From Roseibium sp. SCP14 (GTDB lineage: Bacteria > Pseudomonadota > Alphaproteobacteria > Rhizobiales > Stappiaceae): a stretch of 24,000 nt of DNA. Shown here piece by piece: positions 1-7,517 of the stretch; the stretch's first letter is position 1, and every line of letters begins with the position of its first letter. The stretch spans positions 18,896 to 42,895 of the forward strand of contig NZ_JBDZYH010000013.1 of assembly GCF_040329475.1 (NCBI RefSeq). The letters are read 5' to 3'. The notes beneath the pieces are model-generated. The model ran no database searches and was not told the origin of the DNA. It was given only the letters and a program-made list of their open reading frames with translations. The translations under genes and the position numbers were made by a program.

Positions 1-362
1 GGTACGATCCAGCGCAAATGCAGCCAGCCGCGGCTCTTTCCCTCCGCAACAAGGGTTTCAATGATCTTGCGGCCAACGCCCTGGTTGCGATGATCGGGAT
101 GAACGTAGATGTCATCCATCTGGCCGATGCGAAGGCCGGTGATCAGTTCGGGCAGGTCGAAATAGACCGCGAAGCCGATCAGCCTGCCACTCGAGAATGC
201 GCCCAGCACTTCAGCGGTCTTGTCGCCAAGGATGCGTTCTGCGTAAAACTCGTCGGGGCGGCGCGGCGCTCCGCGTTTCAGCGCTTGAGCGTTCTCGGCA
301 ATGAGCGGTGCAAGCTGGTGGGCATCTTCTGGTCCGAGGACCTTGATTTCCGTAGTCGTCAT
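1..362 (-). CDS. GNAT family N-acetyltransferase (partial; C-terminus lies beyond the window edge)
   Basis: Absent from the ORF track because it runs off the edge. Manual reverse-complement translation from the ATG (complement of 360-362) gives MTTTEIKVLGPEDAHQLAPLIAENAQALKRGAPRRPDEFYAERILGDKTAEVLGAFSSGRLIGFAVYFDLPELITGLRIGQMDDIYVHPDHRNQGVGRKIIETLVAEGKSRGWLHLRWIV with no stop. 'HRNQGVGRKII' fits the GNAT acetyl-CoA motif A (Q/R-x-x-G-x-G/A). The listed + strand ORF 18..395 is its antisense shadow. Confidence 0.8.
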   Translation of the reverse strand, partial: MTTTEIKVLGPEDAHQLAPLIAENAQALKRGAPRRPDEFYAERILGDKTAEVLGAFSSGRLIGFAVYFDLPELITGLRIGQMDDIYVHPDHRNQGVGRKIIETLVAEGKSRGWLHLRWIV

Positions 363-527
363 GTATTCCCCGACAATGGCAGGACAAAGAAATGATCCCC
401 AACATGTCCTGAAACCGGAGTCGGGATCAAGGACCTGAATCAAATTCTGCGAAAGCCTTCCGATGTTTTTCGTTTCGTGTCATGAGCATGTGTCGTTCGG
501 CTGGATGCTTCAAGGCAGTGAGGTGAA

Positions 528-1421
528 ATGGAAGGCTCGGGAAGAGTGAAGGCAACGGTCGTCGGGCTGAGCGCGGTGCTCATGTGGGCAACGCTCGGCG
601 TGTTCGGTGCGGGCTCCGGGCAGGTTCCGCCTTTTCTGCTGAACGCGCTTTGCTTCGGAACGTCCGGCGCGCTTGCAATGCTCTGGCTGGCTGTGACCGG
701 CAAACTTGCGCTGTTGCGCCAACCTCCAGGCGTGTGGGCCTTCGGTACGTTGGGCCTTTTCGGCTTTCACTTTTTCTATTTCACGGCCATTCGCAATGCA
801 CCGCCGGTAGAGGCCAACCTGATCAACTACACCTGGCCTTTGCTGATCGTGCTGTTTTCCGCCTTTTTGCCGGGTGAAAAGCTGCGAGCGCATCACGTTC
901 TGGGGACAATCCTCGGACTTGCGGGAGCGGCCCTGTTGATTACCGGAGGCGACGGAATTCAGTTTTCCGGCGGCTCGGCATTGGGATATGGCGCTGCCAT
1001 CGCGTCCTCCCTGTTCTGGTCCAGTTATTCGGTCCTGTCCCGCCGCCTTGGGTCGGTTCCGACCGAAGCGGTTGCGGGGTTCTGCCTTATGACGGCGCTG
1101 CTGTCTGCCTTGTGTCATGTGGCGCTGGAGGAAACAGTCTGGCCCGCGGCACCCCAGGAATGGGCTTCGGTCCTGGCTCTGGCGCTGTTTCCGGTCGGCT
1201 TGGCTTTCTTCACATGGGATATCGGTGTCAAACGCGGCGACATTCAGGTTTTGGGAGCCGCCGCTTATTCTGCGCCTTTGCTCTCGACGCTGTTGCTCAT
1301 CGCTTTCGGGTTCGGGGTCTTGACCCTTTCGGTCGGCATCGCCTGTCTCGCCATTACCATGGGGGCCGTGATTGCCGCCAAGGACATGATCTTCGGCCAT
1401 CGGGCGCAAAGTGCGTCTTGA
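528..1421 (+). CDS. DMT superfamily (EamA/RhaT-type) membrane transporter
   Basis: 297-aa ORF. The ATG is preceded by the RBS GAGGTGA (520-526). The protein is almost entirely hydrophobic, with about 10 helix-length segments arranged as two EamA-like halves. Confidence 0.85.
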   Translation: MEGSGRVKATVVGLSAVLMWATLGVFGAGSGQVPPFLLNALCFGTSGALAMLWLAVTGKLALLRQPPGVWAFGTLGLFGFHFFYFTAIRNAPPVEANLINYTWPLLIVLFSAFLPGEKLRAHHVLGTILGLAGAALLITGGDGIQFSGGSALGYGAAIASSLFWSSYSVLSRRLGSVPTEAVAGFCLMTALLSALCHVALEETVWPAAPQEWASVLALALFPVGLAFFTWDIGVKRGDIQVLGAAAYSAPLLSTLLLIAFGFGVLTLSVGIACLAITMGAVIAAKDMIFGHRAQSAS

Positions 1422-1509
1422 TGATCTTCCCCCTTCGGTGAATTTCGCTTGATCTTTCGATCCGCTAGGTTAACTCAAATCCCGTTTCGAATTCCCGTAG
1501 GATCAGTCG

Positions 1510-2394
1510 ATGACCGCACCGCTTAGACCTCGCCGTTCCGCCCTCTATATGCCGGGTTCCAACGCCCGGGCACTGGAAAAGGCAAAGACCTTGGATGTCG
1601 ATTGTCTGCTTCTGGATCTGGAGGATGCGGTCGCCCCTGATGCCAAGGAACTGGCCCGGACGCAGATCAGCGATGCGGTTTCTGCCGGTGGTTATGGTGA
1701 AAGGGAAGTCGTCATCCGGATCAACGGTATGGATACCCCGTGGGGAGAAGACGATTTGAAAATGGCGGTCAAGGCCGCGCCTGACGCCATTCTCGTTCCC
1801 AAGGTCAATGCGCCGGCTGATCTGCAACGCGTTGCGCATATGTTGTCTCTGCATGGCGCGTCGCACGACCTGAAAATCTGGGCGATGATGGAAACCCCCG
1901 AAGCGATGCTCAATGCCGCCGCCATCGGTGCTTGCGGCAGGGATCCGGAAGTCCGGCTCTCTTGTTTCGTCATGGGGACGAATGATCTTGCCAAGGAAAC
2001 CCGTGCGCGGTTGATGCCGGGCCGGGCCGTCATGATGCCCTGGCTGATGACATGCGTTGCGGCTGCAAGGGCTGGAGGCATCGATATTCTCGACGGCGTC
2101 TATAACGCCTTTCAGGACGACGAGGGTTTTGCTGCCGAGTGTGCACAAGGTGCTGAAATGGGCATGGACGGCAAGACACTGATCCATCCCAAGCAGATTG
2201 CTTCCTGTCACGCGGCATTCAGTCCGACAGAAGAAGAAGTCGCCTGGGCGCGCAAGATCAACGAGATTTTCGATCTGCCGGAAAATGCAGACAAAGGTGC
2301 AATCCAGGTGGACGGCAAGATGGTGGAGCGGTTACATGCGGAAATGGGTAAGCGGGTGATCGCCATCGCCGACGCCATCGCTGCCCGTGCATGA
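1510..2394 (+). CDS. HpcH/HpaI aldolase / citrate lyase beta (CitE)-like CoA-ester lyase (malyl-CoA lyase/thioesterase-like)
   Basis: 294-aa ORF. The N-terminus 'RRSALYMPGSNARALEKAKTLDVDCLLLDLEDAVAPDAK' is the characteristic CitE/HpcH signature (LEDAV, metal/substrate-binding Glu-Asp). The length is typical for the family. Confidence 0.85.
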   Translation: MTAPLRPRRSALYMPGSNARALEKAKTLDVDCLLLDLEDAVAPDAKELARTQISDAVSAGGYGEREVVIRINGMDTPWGEDDLKMAVKAAPDAILVPKVNAPADLQRVAHMLSLHGASHDLKIWAMMETPEAMLNAAAIGACGRDPEVRLSCFVMGTNDLAKETRARLMPGRAVMMPWLMTCVAAARAGGIDILDGVYNAFQDDEGFAAECAQGAEMGMDGKTLIHPKQIASCHAAFSPTEEEVAWARKINEIFDLPENADKGAIQVDGKMVERLHAEMGKRVIAIADAIAARA

Positions 2395-2410
2395 CAGGAC
2401 GGACACACAA

Positions 2411-2614
2411 ATGAAGCTTTATCGGTTCATCACCGGCGTAGACGACAGCGAATTCTGCCATCGGGTCACCCAGGCCCTGAACAAGGGCTGGGAACTTTCC
2501 GGCTCACCTTCTTTGACTTATGACGCCACGCGCGGCGCCACCATCTGCGGCCAGGCGGTCACCAAGGAAGTCGACGGCGAGTATTCCCGCGACATCAAGC
2601 TCGGCGATTACTGA
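2411..2614 (+). CDS. DUF1737 domain-containing small protein
   Basis: 'MKLYRFITGVDDSEFCHRVTQALNKGWELSGSPSLTYDATRGATICGQAVTKEV' matches the pattern I recognise for DUF1737. I prefer the ATG at 2411 to the track start at 2387. It lies 16 nt after the CitE-like stop. Confidence 0.7.
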   Translation: MKLYRFITGVDDSEFCHRVTQALNKGWELSGSPSLTYDATRGATICGQAVTKEVDGEYSRDIKLGDY

Positions 2615-2670
2615 GTTTCTCGATTTGCCTGGCACAAAGGCACTTCGGACGCACCGTTCACAAAACGGAA

Positions 2671-2701
2671 GGATTGAGAGTGCGCAAGGTACTCTCAATC
2701 C
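2671..2701. terminator. Putative bidirectional intrinsic terminator between convergent genes
   Basis: Perfect 11-bp stem GGATTGAGAGT (2671-2681) / ACTCTCAATCC (2691-2701) with a 9-nt loop. On the minus strand it is followed by TTCCGTTTTG. On the plus strand a T-rich tract (CGATTTTCTG) follows a little further downstream. It sits between the DUF1737 stop and the azoR stop. Confidence 0.55.
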
Positions 2702-2736
2702 CGATCTATTACCGATTTTCTGAAAATTCCACTGGC

Positions 2737-3318
2737 TCAGGCAGCGACGGCGCTGATCTGGTCATGAGCTTTGGCGAGTACCTCCTCACCCCCGAGGACC
2801 TGCTGGTCTGCTGCCACGATCTGAATATCGGTGATGCCGAGGAAACCGAGCAGGTGCTTCAGGTAACCGGTGACGAAATCGTCGTAGGCACCAACCTGCG
2901 TCATTGCGGACGCCATCGCGAGGATGGCGCGTTTACCCGTCAGCGTTCCGGCCGGACCCGTTTCGGTGTAGTTGAAGGTCACGCCGTGACGTGTGATCAG
3001 ATCGATCCATGCCTTCAGTGCCGCCGGGATCCCGAAATTGTAGACCGGCACACCTATGACGACCGTGTCGGCGGCCTTCAACTCGGCGATCAAGGTATCG
3101 GATAGAGCGAGCAGATTGCGCTGTTCGTCATTGCGATCATCAGCACTCGTCATGTTCGCGCCGATCCAGGAATTGTCGATCAGCGGAAGTCCATCAGCGA
3201 GATCACGAGACACGACAGTGTCTGGAGACAGGCGGGCAATCACCCGGTCGGTCAGATCCCGGGAAACGGAGCCTTCGGTACGGGCAGATGAGTCGATACG
3301 CAGAACGCTGTGTGGCAT
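2737..3318 (-). CDS. azoR: FMN-dependent NADH-azoreductase
   Basis: The C-terminal 193 aa of the 424-aa track ORF, starting at MPHSVLRIDSS (ATG = complement of 3316-3318), align by eye along their whole length with E. coli AzoR. Examples: 'LSDTLIAELKAADTVVIGVPVYNFGIPAALKAWIDLITRHGVTFNYTETGPAGTLTGKRA' and 'GFLGITD'. The upstream 231 codons of the track ORF overlap the LysR gene and are rejected. Confidence 0.9.
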   Translation of the reverse strand: MPHSVLRIDSSARTEGSVSRDLTDRVIARLSPDTVVSRDLADGLPLIDNSWIGANMTSADDRNDEQRNLLALSDTLIAELKAADTVVIGVPVYNFGIPAALKAWIDLITRHGVTFNYTETGPAGTLTGKRAILAMASAMTQVGAYDDFVTGYLKHLLGFLGITDIQIVAADQQVLGGEEVLAKAHDQISAVAA

Positions 3319-3420
3319 GGGGCTGATCCTTCTTGGACGTTGACTGAAGCCAGGTTCGTGGGCTGACCGGATATTTGTTTCTTGCAAATTCAAACGCAAT
3401 ATTCCCAAATGCACAGGATA

Positions 3421-3436
3421 TGTGCGTTTACGCACA
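3421..3436. promoter_or_regulatory. Perfect palindrome TGTGCG-TTTA-CGCACA in the azoR/LysR divergent intergenic region (candidate LysR operator)
   Basis: Seen directly in the sequence. It is a 6-bp inverted repeat with a 4-bp spacer, 15 bp upstream of the preferred LysR ATG. A second, imperfect dyad TTGCAAATTCAAACGCAA lies at 3382-3399. Function is inferred only from position. Confidence 0.3.
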
Positions 3437-3450
3437 GACAGGGCGCGGCC

Positions 3451-4332
3451 ATGGACAATTGGAACGAAATCCGGACTGCCTATCACGTGGCACGGCTCGG
3501 CTCCGTCAGTGGGGCCGCGAAGGTACTGGGGGTCCACCATGCAACGGTGATCCGACACATCGATGAGCTTGAAAAAACTCTGGGAGCAAAACTCTTCCAG
3601 AGGCACTCGAGAGGCTACACCGTTACCGAGGCCGGACAGGATCTGCTTCAGGTTGCGCAGGCGACCGACGATCAGTTCAGTCAGCTGGGCAACCGCATAA
3701 AGGGGCGTGGCGGTGAGGTAACCGGTGAACTGGTGATTACGTCGCTCGCAATCGCTTCGGCGGCGATGACTTCCCTTTTGGCGCGGTTTCAGGCCATGCA
3801 TCCTCACCTGATCGTGCGCTTCCTGACCGACCCGCGCCTGTTTCGACTGGAATACGGTGAGGCCCATGTGGCTATCCGGGCGGGCAGCCCTTCCAGTCAG
3901 CCGGACAACGTCGTTCAACCATTTGCTCGCCAACGGTTTGCCATCTATGCCTCCCGGGCGTACATCTCTCGCAATGGCATGCCACAAGACGAAAACGAGA
4001 TTGTTTCGCATCGATTTGTCGGTTCGGATGATCTAACGATCAACTCACCCATGATCGCCTGGTTGCGTGACCATGTGCCTGAAGAAAATCTGATTTTCCG
4101 AGCCACCGACATGACGGTCATGCGTGAGGCAACGCTTGCGGGCGTCGGTCTGTGCTTCCTGTCGGTCATGGAGGCGGCCTCTCACCCGGAGTTGGTAGAG
4201 GTCATACCCAGCAAGGAAGACTGGGTGGTTCCCTGGTGGCTCCTGACGCATGTCGATCTGCATCGAACGGCCAAGGTTCAGGCTGTATTGTCGTTTCTCA
4301 AAGAAGAAGCGAAAAAAGCTACGGTCATTTGA
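3451..4332 (+). CDS. LysR family transcriptional regulator
   Basis: 'MDNWNEIRTAYHVARLGSVSGAAKVLGVHHATVIRHIDELEKTLGAKLFQRHSRGYTVTEAG' is a canonical LysR N-terminal wHTH, followed by a substrate-binding domain of about 200 aa. It is divergent from azoR, the classic LTTR arrangement. The track start at 3382 is a TTG; in-frame ATGs occur at 3409 and 3451, and I prefer 3451. Confidence 0.9.
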   Translation: MDNWNEIRTAYHVARLGSVSGAAKVLGVHHATVIRHIDELEKTLGAKLFQRHSRGYTVTEAGQDLLQVAQATDDQFSQLGNRIKGRGGEVTGELVITSLAIASAAMTSLLARFQAMHPHLIVRFLTDPRLFRLEYGEAHVAIRAGSPSSQPDNVVQPFARQRFAIYASRAYISRNGMPQDENEIVSHRFVGSDDLTINSPMIAWLRDHVPEENLIFRATDMTVMREATLAGVGLCFLSVMEAASHPELVEVIPSKEDWVVPWWLLTHVDLHRTAKVQAVLSFLKEEAKKATVI

Positions 4333-4499
4333 CCGGAAGACGGCGTGCCTGCTTTCAGACGGGTTCAGCCAGAGCTTGCGTCTCCGGAGGCGAAAGTGTG
4401 CAAAGCGATTACTCTGATTGTCTTGCGGCTTGCCGTCGTTCAAAAACCACAGCGACATCTTCCCAGTCATCAACGGTTTGCGACGAAAGGGACATCCGA

Positions 4500-4799
4500 A
4501 TGCCAGCCTATATGCTCACTTTCTTGCGTGTGGAAGATGCTGAAACCCACGCACGAGATTACCTGCCTGAAGCACACCGGATCCTGGTCAGCTACGGAGG
4601 CAAACCGCTGGCTGTGACCGAACAGGTCGATGTGAAAGAGGGGGCCTTACCAGAGGGCCGTCTGATCCTGGTGGAATTCCCGACGAAGAAGCACGCGGAA
4701 GATTACTATTTCGGTCCCGAGCACAGACCCTACAAGGAAATCCTGGAAAGGGTCTCCTCCTGCGATATGGCGATTTTTGACTCTGGCCTGCTGCCGTAA
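4500..4799 (+). CDS. DUF1330 domain-containing protein
   Basis: 'MPAYMLTFLRVEDAETHARDYLPEAHRILVSYGGKPLAVTEQVDVKEGALPEGRLILVEFPTKKHAEDYYFGPEHRPYKEI' matches the DUF1330 pattern (about 95-100 aa, dimeric alpha/beta-barrel-like). An AAGGGA RBS lies upstream of the ATG at 4500. The longer track ORF from 4152 overlaps the LysR 3' end and is rejected. Confidence 0.8.
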   Translation: MPAYMLTFLRVEDAETHARDYLPEAHRILVSYGGKPLAVTEQVDVKEGALPEGRLILVEFPTKKHAEDYYFGPEHRPYKEILERVSSCDMAIFDSGLLP

Positions 4800-4921
4800 A
4801 GAACGGATCGAACCGCAGCGGAGATCCAGCTGTCTGCAACTGTTGACTGTTGCGATTGCCTGCAACCTGCTGCAGTCTTCTTGCCATTGGCAACTCCGGG
4901 CGCGGTGATCCAGGCGGTAAA

Positions 4922-5794
4922 ATGGACAGACGGGATGTTGTGGCGGCTGTCTTTGCCGCGTTCATCTGGGGAGCAACCTTTCCGATTTCGGCCCTCGCGC
5001 TTGAATCAACGCCGCCTATTTTCTTCACATTCTTACGGTTTTTCTGCGCAGCGCTTTTTGTGGTGACCATCGCGCGCCCACGGGTTTCGTGGTGGAAACT
5101 GACATTGGCCGGCCTGCTTCTGGGAGCCGGGCAATACGGATTGATGTTCACATCGATGGCTATGGGTCTTCCAGCAGGACTGGCATCGCTGCTGGTGCAC
5201 ACCCAGGCATTCTTCACGATTCTGATTGCGATGGCCGTCTTTTCCGAACGGCTGGATGGCCGCGCAGCTTTTGCCGTCCTGCTGGCACTTGCCGGACTTG
5301 CATGCCTGATCCTCGATCGCTCGGATGCCAGCGCGCTTGAAGGTATCGGGTTGATCCTGCTGGCCGCTCTGTGCGGTGCCGGCGGCAACATTGTTCTGAA
5401 ATCCATGGGCCAGGTCGACATGCTGGCGGTGGTGGTCTGGATGAGCCTGATGTCACCCATTCCCCTGGGAATTCTGTCGCTGCTGCTTGAAAGCAACGGT
5501 GACCCGCTCAGCCTCTTCGCCAAGGTTGGCTGGATGACTGCGTTCGCAGTCGCCTATTCCGCCTTGCTCGCGACCATTGTCGTCTTCACGATCTGGGGTC
5601 GACTACTGGTGAAATACGACGCCTCGAATGTTGCGCCGTTCTTTCTACTGGTTCCGGTTTTCGGCATCAGCCTGTCGGCTGTCATTCTGGGCGAGCGTCT
5701 GACGACGTTTCAGATGACAGGCGCGGGCCTGATTTTTTGCGGTTTGGCCTTGACCTTGTGGCCTCGCAGCAAACGCGAACTGGAAGCTGGTTGA
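4922..5794 (+). CDS. eamA: EamA-like DMT exporter (homologue of the O-acetylserine/cysteine exporter family)
   Basis: Starting at MDRRDVVAAVFAAFIWGATF, the protein aligns by eye with E. coli EamA/YdeD. Compare 'LPAGLASLLVHTQAFFTILIAMAVFSERL' here with 'MPAGLASLVLQAQAFFTIMLGAFTFGERL' in E. coli, and 'VAPFFLLVPVFGISLSAVILGERLT' with 'VAPLSLLVPVVGLASAALLLDERLT'. The substrate is not established for this copy. Confidence 0.8.
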   Translation: MDRRDVVAAVFAAFIWGATFPISALALESTPPIFFTFLRFFCAALFVVTIARPRVSWWKLTLAGLLLGAGQYGLMFTSMAMGLPAGLASLLVHTQAFFTILIAMAVFSERLDGRAAFAVLLALAGLACLILDRSDASALEGIGLILLAALCGAGGNIVLKSMGQVDMLAVVVWMSLMSPIPLGILSLLLESNGDPLSLFAKVGWMTAFAVAYSALLATIVVFTIWGRLLVKYDASNVAPFFLLVPVFGISLSAVILGERLTTFQMTGAGLIFCGLALTLWPRSKRELEAG

Positions 5795-5825
5795 AGGTCT
5801 GATCAGATCCACCTGTGTTGCAGTT

Positions 5826-6437
5826 TCAACGCTTTGATACGCTCTCAAACTTTCGGTGAAAATCGTCGGCGTTGTTGCTGCGGGGATAGGGTTCGCCCGG
5901 AACCTGACAGCCGAGAAAATCACACAGTGGTTCCCACCCCGATCCCAGCTCATAGGTTAAGAGACGGTCCGGACCAAACGCTGCCTGAACGTCGGATATG
6001 TTCTTTTTGTACGTCGCGATAATATGGTCGCGATCATCCAGACGGCCCTTGAAAACACGTTGAGCAACCAGTCTTTTCCCCACCGTGTTTGGATCGTCTC
6101 CGTTCCTGAGAGCTTTCAGTATGGTGCCGTCCATACTCTTGAACCAGCTGTCGACATCGCGAACCGACAGGATGATCTTGGCGTCGGGATAATGGGCGCT
6201 CAGTTCCCGCCAGAAAAATGCAGCGGGCCAGTCGACGGTTGCCCGGTAATCCGAAAACACTTCGTGCCAGTCAGGCAAGACTCCCATCGCGGCCGTTCGC
6301 CAAAGCGCGACGCGTTCCGGGTGAGGCACAACCTCGTACATGTGGTAGCACGGTCCATACCCCAGGATTTCCAGCGCCTTTTTGAGCGACTCCGTGCCGG
6401 TTCGGCCAAATCCGGCGCCAATTATCGAAAGTGTCAC
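5826..6437 (-). CDS. Sulfotransferase family protein (Sulfotransfer_4-like, PAPS-dependent)
   Basis: 203-aa ORF. The start is GTG (complement of 6435-6437) with an AAAGGAA RBS 6 nt upstream. The N-terminus 'IIGAGFGRTGTESLKKALEILGYGPCYHMYE' is the 5'-phosphosulfate-binding loop typical of this family. 'ILSVRDVDSWFKS' fits the 3'-phosphate-binding region. Confidence 0.8.
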   Translation of the reverse strand: MTLSIIGAGFGRTGTESLKKALEILGYGPCYHMYEVVPHPERVALWRTAAMGVLPDWHEVFSDYRATVDWPAAFFWRELSAHYPDAKIILSVRDVDSWFKSMDGTILKALRNGDDPNTVGKRLVAQRVFKGRLDDRDHIIATYKKNISDVQAAFGPDRLLTYELGSGWEPLCDFLGCQVPGEPYPRSNNADDFHRKFESVSKR

Positions 6438-6557
6438 ATAACGTTCCTTTGCGGTGATGCCAGTCTTAGCATTGCAGGCCTCGTCAGTACCTGCAGCAAA
6501 AAATTGGAACGCATCTCGGTTCCACCGGTGATCCGAACCGGGCCGAAGGCATACATA

Positions 6558-7424
6558 TTAAAATCGCGCGTTTTCCCGGAATGCCGTCGGTGAACGTCCG
6601 CAATGGCGTTTGAAATCCCGGCTGAAGTGAAACGGGTCGGCGTAGCCGCAACGTTGGGCGACGGCTGATACATTCTCGGAACTGACCGTCAGCAGATGCT
6701 CGGCCTGCACCATACGCTCCCGGCGAAGCCAGGAGACCGGGGAGGTTTCTGTCGCGGCCTGGAACCGTCGGAACAGTTGCGACTGGCTGAGACCGGCAAC
6801 CACAGCCATTGCCGTTATGTCCCAGTTGCGGGACAGATCCTTGCGCAATTGTTGAATGACCTTGGATACCGGGTCGACCTCATTCAGGGGCGGAGTTCCG
6901 GCTCGCTTCGTGAACACTTTGGCAAGAATCGCCGCGACCTGTGTGTTCATATGAGCATCCATGAGCGGATGCTGACTGGCCAGTTGTTGGATGATCCCCT
7001 CGAAATCGGGCAGCAGGTCCGCCATCTCGTCGACAACCGGCTCAGCCCGCAGATTGAGCTGCATGAAGAAGTTGTCGAGGGTCGCACCCGACAGTGCTAT
7101 CCAGACATAGGACCAATGGTTTCCCGGCGTGGCGCGATGCGCATAGGTGCGGGATGTATCCAGCCAGGCCAGACAAGCCTCTTCGGCAGCGACTTCTCTG
7201 TCACCGACACGGATCCAACCCTCGCCGGACAGCGTCAGGATCAATGTGTGCTGATGATATTTCCGGTCAACGATCCCGCCGCTCCCGGGGTCATGCGTTC
7301 GTCCACCGGCCGCGACCTGATACGGCCAGGGCGAAACGGCCGGGTCACTGCTGTGGAAGTATATCTGTGTTCCGCCAATCACCTTCATGAATGCGAGTAT
7401 TGTCCAGCTGAATGCCAATGTCAT
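6558..7424 (-). CDS. AraC family transcriptional regulator (N-terminal cupin-type sensor plus C-terminal double HTH)
   Basis: 288-aa ORF. The C-terminus 'WDITAMAVVAGLSQSQLFRRFQAATETSPVSWLRRERMVQAEHLLTVSSENVSAVAQRCGYADPFHFSRDFKRHCGRSPTAFR' is a textbook AraC/XylS HTH pair. The N-terminal 'HTLILTLSGEGWIRVGDRE' is cupin-like. An alternative ATG at 7388 is possible. It is divergent from the GRE operon. Confidence 0.85.
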   Translation of the reverse strand: MTLAFSWTILAFMKVIGGTQIYFHSSDPAVSPWPYQVAAGGRTHDPGSGGIVDRKYHQHTLILTLSGEGWIRVGDREVAAEEACLAWLDTSRTYAHRATPGNHWSYVWIALSGATLDNFFMQLNLRAEPVVDEMADLLPDFEGIIQQLASQHPLMDAHMNTQVAAILAKVFTKRAGTPPLNEVDPVSKVIQQLRKDLSRNWDITAMAVVAGLSQSQLFRRFQAATETSPVSWLRRERMVQAEHLLTVSSENVSAVAQRCGYADPFHFSRDFKRHCGRSPTAFRENARF

Positions 7425-7517
7425 GCATTCTTTGCGCGATTTGGTGCGGGTATCTTCTAGTCAGTATCCGTCTTGCTGAACATGTGCAGCTATCAGGTCC
7501 GCTTAGAGGGGCATGAA

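Noticed and set aside
1-362. GNAT gene as a possible GNAT-type toxin of a toxin-antitoxin pair
   Set aside because: No small RHH/DUF1778-type antitoxin ORF lies upstream. The gene is directly divergent from a transporter. Nothing beyond the generic GNAT motif supports a toxin role.
510-1409. 299-aa minus-strand ORF
   Set aside because: Antisense to the DMT transporter. It is highly charged, Arg/Gln-rich, non-protein-like sequence, whereas the + strand product has a clean 10-helix membrane profile.
3319-4011. N-terminal 231 codons of the 424-aa track ORF containing azoR
   Set aside because: The extension overlaps the LysR gene on the opposite strand and has no similarity to anything I recognise. 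AzoR homology begins exactly at MPHSVLRIDSS (3318), giving the canonical length of about 193 aa.
4152-4499. 5' extension of the DUF1330 ORF (215-aa track ORF)
   Set aside because: It overlaps the LysR 3' end in another frame. The DUF1330 domain starts at the ATG at 4500, which has a good RBS. The extension is Gly/Arg/Ser-rich filler.
6474-6510. Hairpin TGCAGG/CCTGCA next to an A/T run between the AraC and sulfotransferase genes
   Set aside because: The homopolymer run is on the wrong side of the stem for either strand: an A-run follows it on the plus strand, and a T-run precedes it on the minus strand. It is therefore not a canonical intrinsic terminator. The stem is only 6 bp.
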